From: Candidatus Methanophagales archaeon
Lineage (GTDB): Archaea; Halobacteriota; Syntropharchaeia; Alkanophagales; Methanospirareceae
Reading direction: 5' to 3'
DNA length: 48,732 nt
Assembly (NCBI GenBank): GCA_021159465.1
Contig: JAGGRR010000017.1
Coordinates: 1-48,732 of the forward strand
Positions within the stretch are counted from its first letter, which is position 1. Every line of letters starts with the position of its first letter. A program made the position numbers and the translations under genes. Shown here in pieces: positions 34,781 to 41,720 of the stretch. Below the pieces are notes generated by a model. It was given only the letters and a program-made list of their open reading frames with translations, ran no database searches and was not told where the DNA came from.

Positions 34781-35221
34781 CTATACCTCCTTCTCCCTCG
34801 CTTCATAGTCTGATATCCTTCTCTTTATGTCGCTCATCTCCTCATCGAAGTGTTCTATCTCCACCCCGCTGCCTCTTATCTCACTCTCCATCCTCGTAAC
34901 TGCACTATCTATGCTCCTTGCGGTAGCTACCAGCTTCTTCGCTTCCTTCTCGCCCCTTAACCATATCACAATGCCCGCCAATCCCAATACAATGCCCATC
35001 GCCACTATCGCATATATAACAACAGAGCGAGCAGATTCTGATAGAGATGATAGAAGTTTCTCCCGGTATTCATTCAATGCGAAAGCTAAAGCGGCTAATA
35101 TAACGCCCATGATGGGCATGAGAAGCAACATCTTGTCCACTTTCATTCGCATCAACATCAACACTACTTCCACAACCATCACAGACGCAACGACGAGAAA
35201 AGCTATGCTCTGGAGTTCCAT
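34781..35221 (-). CDS. Cluster protein 3: small 3-TM membrane protein with a cytoplasmic charged helix
   Basis: 146 aa. Hydrophobic helices are IAFLVVASVMVVEVVLMLM, LLLMPIMGVILAALAFAL and VVIYAIVAMGIVLGLAGIVIWL. The tail is KKLVATARSIDSAVTRMESEIRGSG ... RRISDYEAREKEV. Its stop lies 8 nt before the tubulin-like gene start, with AGGA in the gap. Confidence 0.65.
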   Translation of the reverse strand: MELQSIAFLVVASVMVVEVVLMLMRMKVDKMLLLMPIMGVILAALAFALNEYREKLLSSLSESARSVVIYAIVAMGIVLGLAGIVIWLRGEKEAKKLVATARSIDSAVTRMESEIRGSGVEIEHFDEEMSDIKRRISDYEAREKEV

Positions 35222-35300
35222 TTTTTATATACATTATCTGATTTTAATCACAATAAAAAAAATGTTTCTCCCTTTTTGAGAATATAATCAATCTTCAATC

Positions 35301-36578
35301 TTAGCTTAGAGCTGAATCTGATCTTATATACTTTAGCCGTTCTGAATCATAGCTCAACCTCGAAAGAGCATCAGAAGCGAGAAGTCTGTATTTGCGTACG
35401 AAAACGTCAGTGCTCTCTTCTTTCGCTATCGCTCTCAATTCCTCTACCTCGCTTAGCTTATCCCTCGACCAGTATTCCACAGGGTATGCATCTGTTCCCG
35501 GGTTCTCAGCCTGTATCTCCGTTTCCAGCTCGAATATCTGCTTATAAAGCTTCTCCAGCAATGCTACTGTTAGTTTCATCAGTGAATTACCATAGCTCAG
35601 TAACTTTGGCATCTGTGACGGCAACATGCATCCCTCTATCCTATCCTTCAGCTCCTTCACCTCAGCATCATCCGATATCTCTGCCGCTACTCCTGCCAGT
35701 ACGAGTACGTCCGCTTTATAACGTTCAAATTCATCACTCAACATCGCACTCAACTGTACAACCACATTCTTCAATAATTCCACCGCGTTATCGTAATTAC
35801 CATGCTCTATGCTATGCTCTGCGAGCTTTATATCTGTCCTGACCCTGGCAGTATCTGCATTCACTCGCTCACGCGCTATCGCTTCTAACTCCATCGCACT
35901 CTTCACGCATATCCACAGTGATTCTTCTATGAGGGAGATCACTTCGTTCATGAACATAGCGAGCTCAAGCAGTTCCTTCTCTATATCCAGACCTATATCC
36001 TCCAGTTTCTTCTCCATCTGCTCTATTTGTGGACCTATATCCAGACCCTCTTTCCTGAGCTCTCTCAGTGCTATCAAATACTCACTGCATCTATCCTTTA
36101 ATCGCGAGCAGAGCACCATTTCGTGCCGCTCAGTTATCTCATGGAGCATCTTATCCACCCACTCAACATCAGCAAAGACCACTCTTCTCAGTTGCGCACT
36201 GTTCATCCTCAACTGCCCGGTTATCTTACATCCGAGTTCTGATAAGCCGCCTTTCACTTTCTCCAGATCTGTTCTGAACTCCTTTGTACTTATCCGATAC
36301 TTCTCTTCGAAATCACGCAATATTCGCATCTCCTCCATATATCGGTTTGCAATTGCCCGGATGTCCCGCTCCATTACCTGTTCCCTCACACTCCTCTTCC
36401 TTACTGCGACAAGGTATCGCACAAGGAACGAGACACCGATCATAGCAGGGATGAAGATCAGGATGATGGTGATTGCGAGGTCAGAGCCGGTATTGAATAA
36501 TATGAAGATAGCAATAGCAATCAAAGCTAAGAATGCCAGTGGTACCAGTATACTTACAGTTATACTATATCGTTTCAT
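35301..36578 (-). CDS. Cluster protein 2: membrane-anchored (2 TM) protein with a ~350-aa all-helical / coiled-coil cytoplasmic domain
   Basis: TMs are ITVSILVPLAFLALIAIAIFILF and LAITIILIFIPAMIGVSFLVRYLV, followed by long charged helical sequence. The track start at 36584 is TTG. I prefer the ATG at 36578 (MKRYSITV), which overlaps the upstream gene's stop (36565) by 14 nt. Confidence 0.7.
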   Translation of the reverse strand: MKRYSITVSILVPLAFLALIAIAIFILFNTGSDLAITIILIFIPAMIGVSFLVRYLVAVRKRSVREQVMERDIRAIANRYMEEMRILRDFEEKYRISTKEFRTDLEKVKGGLSELGCKITGQLRMNSAQLRRVVFADVEWVDKMLHEITERHEMVLCSRLKDRCSEYLIALRELRKEGLDIGPQIEQMEKKLEDIGLDIEKELLELAMFMNEVISLIEESLWICVKSAMELEAIARERVNADTARVRTDIKLAEHSIEHGNYDNAVELLKNVVVQLSAMLSDEFERYKADVLVLAGVAAEISDDAEVKELKDRIEGCMLPSQMPKLLSYGNSLMKLTVALLEKLYKQIFELETEIQAENPGTDAYPVEYWSRDKLSEVEELRAIAKEESTDVFVRKYRLLASDALSRLSYDSERLKYIRSDSALS

Positions 36579-37458
36579 GTGCAAGCCCCCTTAGCTCTCG
36601 CAGTCGTTTCAACTGCTCGAACCTGTAAACGAAGAGATTTGTTATCGCTGCTATATTCCGCTTTGTGGTACAGACTGCCAGATAGCATTCCTTTGTATAC
36701 ATAAGCATGAACTCCTCCACCAGTTCCTTATCCACTCGCTCTTCCCTGACATAATACTCAGGAACACGCAGGAATGTAATACCCCGTTCGCTGCTTAGCG
36801 GGGCTTCTGCGATGCTTAGCTTCTCCATGGATACCCGAATGAGGGTTCGGAGGTCGAGCGGTTTATGGCTCAGAAATGGCAGGATATAGCCAGCAAGTCC
36901 CTTCGTGAGCTCAGAAGCCCTTGATAGTGCTGCATAGCCCGGCTCGTCACTGAACGAGATAATGCTTAATAGTCTGTCTATATTCATTGCCGCTGTTTTA
37001 TCTCTCACTCCCGCCAGGATGTCCACGATACACGATGCTATATATCGGTTATAACGTGGATAATACCGTTCGAAGTTTGGAAGATGCGCTATCCTCTGGT
37101 TATCAACAATTATGAAGCTATTGATATATTCTTTCAGCTTCTCCAGTGTATAGAACGCTTTTATTAAGTTCTCGCTCTTCTGACGCCGCATCGCAGGCAG
37201 AACACCAACAAACAGCGTTTTTATACCACTCTCTGATAGCATTGCCGCTGCCCGGGATATCTCATCACCGTCATCGAGTTCTGAGATCACAAAAGCGAAA
37301 TCAGCTCCCTTTTCTCGACTTATTCTCGCCTTATTCCACTCTTTATCACTCCTTAACCTGATTACAATCGGTTTATCCCGCCTTATCTCTTTATACTCCA
37401 GCACTGAGTTGAGTATTGCAGTTCCTGAAGACCCTATTCCTATGAAGAAGTATGCCAT
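36565..37458 (-). CDS. Cluster protein 1: FtsZ/CetZ-like protein with a degenerate nucleotide-binding loop (putative pseudo-GTPase)
   Basis: 297 aa. The N-terminus FFIGIGSSGTAILNSVLEY resembles the FtsZ/CetZ G1 strand-loop. ADFAFVISELDDGDEISRAAAMLSESGIKTLFVGVLP aligns by eye to aDmVFItaGmGGGTGtGaaPv.A..ak..giLtVgvVt.P, with GGGTGxG replaced by ELDDGDE. INSFIIVDNQRI resembles vDtlIviPNdkL. AAMNIDRLLSII resembles the T7 region iNvDFaDv. The T2/T3 segment appears to be missing. Confidence 0.5.
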   Translation of the reverse strand: MAYFFIGIGSSGTAILNSVLEYKEIRRDKPIVIRLRSDKEWNKARISREKGADFAFVISELDDGDEISRAAAMLSESGIKTLFVGVLPAMRRQKSENLIKAFYTLEKLKEYINSFIIVDNQRIAHLPNFERYYPRYNRYIASCIVDILAGVRDKTAAMNIDRLLSIISFSDEPGYAALSRASELTKGLAGYILPFLSHKPLDLRTLIRVSMEKLSIAEAPLSSERGITFLRVPEYYVREERVDKELVEEFMLMYTKECYLAVCTTKRNIAAITNLFVYRFEQLKRLRELRGLAHETI

Positions 37459-37506
37459 ACCGTTTAATACCTTTAAAATCTTATTGCATATACCATAAAT
37501 ATTGAG
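37459..37506. promoter_or_regulatory. 48-bp AT-rich divergent intergenic region (candidate bidirectional promoter of the cluster)
   Basis: The sequence is accgtttaatacctttaaaatcttattgcatataccataaatattgag. It has TATA-like TTTAAAAT (about 37473-37480), roughly 30 nt upstream of ATG 37507. On the other strand ATTTATGG/TATATGC lies 30-40 nt upstream of ATG 37458. There is no room for long leaders. Confidence 0.35.
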
Positions 37507-38484
37507 ATGAAAAGTGGCAGCATAGCTATAATGATGTCCAGGCTTATGCTCATGCTTATGCTTATATCCATACTGCTGCTGGGTTATACGCTACCGGTAG
37601 CAGGCTCGGACGAGTTAAAGAGGAGTTTGCTACGCGATATAATATCAATGGATAAAACGGAGTTATTTAATAATTACGGCGAGCTGGCGCTTGCAAAGGC
37701 GAAGACACAGGCAGTGATTCAGGGCATGCCTGGCTATGAAGTGACCGCGAAGACCAGAAACTGGGTGAACATCCTCATTGAGATTATCAATGACTTTGAA
37801 GCAATGACTGCCCTGAGCGAGAATGAAGAGCCATCATATCATATAGGAGCCATCAGGAAAGCAGAAGCGATCAACAATTCTATATATGAGTTGAGGAGAT
37901 ACGAGACACCGGAAAGAGAGGGGATACCCATGCTTTTAGAACTCGCACTTAAGCGTTTTTACCGAAAAGAGGGGTTCTTCTTTCAGAATATCGCGGCTAA
38001 CACGGGGGAGACAAGATTGAAGATCGAATACGAATATATAAGTTCAAACGCATATGCATTGGGAGGGATGCCCAGCGACGCCACGCGAATGGAGTTCGAG
38101 GCGAGGCGCGATGAGCGTATATATAACAGGGATATGAATCGAGCTAAGGAGTATATAAACGCCTCAGAACTACACCTGCACAAAGCCATGAACTCCCGTT
38201 CTGCATTCTTCGGCGCTGCATTCATGCAGATAATAAAAGCACGCGATTCGTTCGAGCAAGCGAAGGAGTTATATGAGAAGCATAAAGATAAAGAGCTGGA
38301 GAACGTGAAGGTAAGGGAAACAGAGATAGAAGCTGTTTACCGCAGATTGATGCTCGATACACTTGAGGTCGTTGCATTATATCTCATTGCCCTATCTCTA
38401 ATTACCGGTATCCTATGGATGAAGTTCATGAGATGGCATGGCGAGCTGGATGACACGATGCTGGGTGAGGAGCTCATTGAGTAA
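37507..38484 (+). CDS. Cluster protein 6: signal-peptide protein with a helical extracytoplasmic domain and a C-terminal TM anchor
   Basis: 325 aa. N-terminal signal is MSRLMLMLMLISILLLGYTLPVAGS. An alpha-helical, charged body of ~270 aa follows. The C-terminal TM is VVALYLIALSLITGILWMKF, followed by an 18-aa acidic tail. Confidence 0.7.
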   Translation: MKSGSIAIMMSRLMLMLMLISILLLGYTLPVAGSDELKRSLLRDIISMDKTELFNNYGELALAKAKTQAVIQGMPGYEVTAKTRNWVNILIEIINDFEAMTALSENEEPSYHIGAIRKAEAINNSIYELRRYETPEREGIPMLLELALKRFYRKEGFFFQNIAANTGETRLKIEYEYISSNAYALGGMPSDATRMEFEARRDERIYNRDMNRAKEYINASELHLHKAMNSRSAFFGAAFMQIIKARDSFEQAKELYEKHKDKELENVKVRETEIEAVYRRLMLDTLEVVALYLIALSLITGILWMKFMRWHGELDDTMLGEELIE

Positions 38485-38526
38485 TAGGATAAGGGGAAGG
38501 AATAAGGACAGGATGATGGTAGGATA
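38485..38526. repeat. Purine-rich quasi-hexameric spacer between cluster genes 6 and 7
   Basis: TAGGAT AAGGGG AAGGAA TAAGGA CAGGAT GATGGT AGGATA. AGG recurs about every 6 nt. Confidence 0.7.
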
Positions 38527-38531
38527 AAATA

Positions 38532-40973
38532 ATGAAAGGAAAAAATCGGATGATTACTATTGCACTTCTGATATGCGCAGGTATGATGATGATAATTACT
38601 ACATCCACAATAGAATGCGCCGGTGCATCATCTGCTATTTCAGTAACTCCTTCTACTGTGAACATATTTTTCGATTCTCCCACAAAGGATACATTCACAG
38701 CAGACAGGACTGTAACAATAACCAATACCGGTGAAAACGCAACCAATGTGAGTATCATACCAAGTTATGATTACATTATTATTACACCGCGTGAATTTAC
38801 GCTCAACAGTGGCGAATCACGTCAAACCACAATTGAAGCAGATAAAAGCGCAGAGGAAGGTTCATACACTGTCCATATAAAAACCGATACTGATACCGAG
38901 ACCAGTATCACCGTCAATATAATCTACTGTGCGAAGATTACAGTGTCTACATCGCAATATCCTATTGATTTTGGTGAGGTTGCCAGCACCAGCACTGTAT
39001 CAAAAGAGATTACTTTAAGTGAAGAGTACGGGTACAAAACCCTGAGTGATGTGACAATAACACGAATTTCGGGCGAGAATGACTGGGTTAAACCATCCCC
39101 GAGCAGTGGTATCACCGTCTCATCATCCCAAGATAAACATATTAGATTCACACTCACGCCTGGACCACCTGATTACAGTAGACGCGATAACAGATATACG
39201 TGGAAGTTTAGCATTAGAAGTGGTAGCCGGTACGTAGAACCCGCTACAATAACAATCGAAGCCCGGATAATGAGACCGGCGAAGCTCGGTGAAGTAGCAC
39301 ACGCGAAAAAGTTGAATCTCAAGTTCGATAAGCCACGGGGAACCGTCATGGAGTATCATAGGTATACCTATCTGGCAATAAAGAACGAAGGCGATGAACC
39401 CATGACAGTAAGGGTCACCCGCCCACCACCCTTAGGTGGCTATATTCATGTGGATGCACCCAGTAAGGTTACTGTCGCCGGGAGGGATACCAAAAAACTC
39501 AAACTCCATATTACTGCACCATACGATGCACCTGAAGGCACCTATAAAGGTATATTACATTTAGACGCTGGCAAGGCGGGTAAGGCTGATGTGGTCATAA
39601 GTGTAGTGGTGATATGGCCAGTGGATTTCAACATCTCGTCCTCTTCGCCCTATTTCTCATATCCGCCACTCTCTATAGACTTTGGCTCCTTACAACTGAA
39701 GGACCGGGGATATGAGCAGCGAAGACTGAATCTCACACTTACTGAGTACTATCGCTATAAGCCCGTCAGGAACTTGCGGCTCTCAACAGAGGGTGAATAC
39801 AGCAACTGGTTAAAGGATAGGCATGATTTCGCACTGATTCCACCCGGAGAATCGAGGAACATCACTATTGTGATACAGCCGGGACTGGAAGCGGTACCTA
39901 AGCACTATTCCTGGACGTATTATCTCAGTGCGCGTGAGATAAGTGCCAAGCGAGTACAGATAAGAGCGAAGATCGTGCCCCTGAATATCCCTGAGATGAT
40001 TAAATACCTGGATGCATTCAGAGAAAGCCAGTTGCATCGAAGCTATCCCTCATCGGAATATATAATATCAAATGGGACAGAACTGCTGCAGGATATAGAG
40101 CGTAGCGAGATAGGAGTGGAGGACTGGCGTAAAATACCCGTGTTGATAAGAGCAACACTATCCTTATTAGATGCTTTGAACAACAGTATTATGCATAGTG
40201 CTAACAGAGATTATGACCATGCAGTTGAGAACTTATTGGCTGCTTCGGTCTCCACATCCACCATCGACTCGAATTCATTACTGAATAATGACCGCATCTT
40301 TGGGTATGCAACCGAGATCGCAGCCAGCGCGGACAGGACAACCCGGGAGGTAGCGAGAGAAGAAGCGAAGATGCTTGAGTTACGTGCATGGAGTGTAAAG
40401 AAAGCAGTAGAGCATGCCAGGGATGATATAAGCAGGTTAAAAGAGGATGAGAATGTGCTTGAATCCGCGTTGTGCTATCAACATGCTGCTACACTCTATG
40501 GACTGCTCAATGAGCGACAGAAGAGGCAGGAATGCATCTATGAGAAGTCCAAGATGATGGACTGGCATGATGAACTGGTTAGTGATGCAACAGACCTCCG
40601 CATAAGGGCAGAGGGTATCATCTCAGATAGCAGAGAGAGAGACCTCGTCAGACTCTGGAACAGATATCTGCTCCTGAACCCTTATAATTATGATACTTTC
40701 TCCGCCAGTTATGAAACCGCAGCGAGATACTTTGAGAGGGCATCGGATAAATACAGGCTGGCAGGTGAGTCTTTTCTATACCGAGACACCATATCCGAGT
40801 TGAAAGAATTGGAGGCAGAGAGGAGCAGTATAATCTCTTTATTCTTCATTTCATGCATACTCTATGCCATCATCTTCTTATATGCGCTGAACCGGATAGT
40901 CTGTGGCACGATGGCGTATTTAAAAGATACTTACGAGCGAGAGATAGGGAACATCATGGTTAACGCCGGATAG
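38532..40973 (+). CDS. Cluster protein 7: 813-aa envelope protein with a signal peptide, several beta-sandwich (Ig/CARDB-like) modules, a helical region and a C-terminal TM anchor
   Basis: The signal is ITIALLICAGMMMIITTSTIECAGA. Four repeated module openings read as follows. ISVTPSTVNIFFDSPTKDTFTADRTVTITNTGENATNVSI. ITVSTSQYPIDFGEVASTSTVSKEITL. YLAIKNEGDEPMTVRV. IDFGSLQLKDRGYEQRRLNLTL. A helical region of ~290 aa follows, then TM IISLFFISCILYAIIFLYAL. Confidence 0.7.
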   Translation: MKGKNRMITIALLICAGMMMIITTSTIECAGASSAISVTPSTVNIFFDSPTKDTFTADRTVTITNTGENATNVSIIPSYDYIIITPREFTLNSGESRQTTIEADKSAEEGSYTVHIKTDTDTETSITVNIIYCAKITVSTSQYPIDFGEVASTSTVSKEITLSEEYGYKTLSDVTITRISGENDWVKPSPSSGITVSSSQDKHIRFTLTPGPPDYSRRDNRYTWKFSIRSGSRYVEPATITIEARIMRPAKLGEVAHAKKLNLKFDKPRGTVMEYHRYTYLAIKNEGDEPMTVRVTRPPPLGGYIHVDAPSKVTVAGRDTKKLKLHITAPYDAPEGTYKGILHLDAGKAGKADVVISVVVIWPVDFNISSSSPYFSYPPLSIDFGSLQLKDRGYEQRRLNLTLTEYYRYKPVRNLRLSTEGEYSNWLKDRHDFALIPPGESRNITIVIQPGLEAVPKHYSWTYYLSAREISAKRVQIRAKIVPLNIPEMIKYLDAFRESQLHRSYPSSEYIISNGTELLQDIERSEIGVEDWRKIPVLIRATLSLLDALNNSIMHSANRDYDHAVENLLAASVSTSTIDSNSLLNNDRIFGYATEIAASADRTTREVAREEAKMLELRAWSVKKAVEHARDDISRLKEDENVLESALCYQHAATLYGLLNERQKRQECIYEKSKMMDWHDELVSDATDLRIRAEGIISDSRERDLVRLWNRYLLLNPYNYDTFSASYETAARYFERASDKYRLAGESFLYRDTISELKELEAERSSIISLFFISCILYAIIFLYALNRIVCGTMAYLKDTYEREIGNIMVNAG

Positions 40974-40984
40974 GAATAAAAAAC

Positions 40985-41003
40985 CTTTCTTTCAAAAAGA
41001 AAG
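40985..41003 (+). terminator. Perfect 7-bp hairpin just after the cluster's last plus-strand gene
   Basis: CTTTCTT-TCAAA-AAGAAAG begins 12 nt after stop 40973. The flanks are A/T-rich but there is no long T-run. Confidence 0.3.
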
Positions 41004-41112
41004 CTTTACCAAAGAAACATTATACTTCAGGTACTATAATAACGGGTAAAGCAAAAACAAAAATCGAAAAGTTTTTAATAGCAAAGAGAGAATACGGATA
41101 ACGTGGTGTAAA

Positions 41113-41670
41113 ATGAAGAAGTTGGTAGTGGCTATTATTGCTCTGGCTTTAATAGGAGTAATGGCAGGCTGTGTGCAGAAACCAGAAGTGACGCCGCCGC
41201 CAGAGGCAACACCTACAGTGACACCAAAAGTAACACCAAAGGTGACGCCTGCATCAACACCAGTGGAAGTAAAACCACAACCTCAGGTGAAGACGAGTTG
41301 CGATATGTGTCATAAGAGGGAATCAACAGCGAATTTGAAAGCTCATGTGGAAGGTGGACTGCTGGTGAATGGTAAACCTGGCTGTTTTGACTATGCAGGC
41401 AAGTCGAATCTTGCGAGTGGCTGTCATGGTCGTAAGAATGCCACTGTGCATACTGTTCATCCCTCAACAGTTGGATGTATAGTATGCCATGGCAAGATAC
41501 CGACGATACCGAAGAAAGGACCAGGAGGTACGACCTGTGAGGAATGTCACGGCTATCCTGAGCCATTAAAGCCGAGCAAAGGGAATCTTGTGAATATACA
41601 TCTTTCAAGGGGTAAGGACTGCACAGTTTGCCATGTCGGGGAGATATCTCAGATACATGGTCTGAAGTGA
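41113..41670 (+). CDS. Small multihaem c-type cytochrome, probable lipoprotein
   Basis: 185 aa. Signal plus lipobox-like LIGVMAGC. Pro/Thr-rich linker TPPPEATPTVTPKVTPKVTPASTP. Four canonical CxxCH motifs (CDMCH, CIVCH, CEECH, CTVCH). One additional CH (ASGCH) has a distant upstream Cys. Confidence 0.85.
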   Translation: MKKLVVAIIALALIGVMAGCVQKPEVTPPPEATPTVTPKVTPKVTPASTPVEVKPQPQVKTSCDMCHKRESTANLKAHVEGGLLVNGKPGCFDYAGKSNLASGCHGRKNATVHTVHPSTVGCIVCHGKIPTIPKKGPGGTTCEECHGYPEPLKPSKGNLVNIHLSRGKDCTVCHVGEISQIHGLK

Positions 41671-41720
41671 AGTAGTAGACCGTTCTTTCTCTCCCTCCCC
41701 CCTTCCTTTTTTTATTCAAT

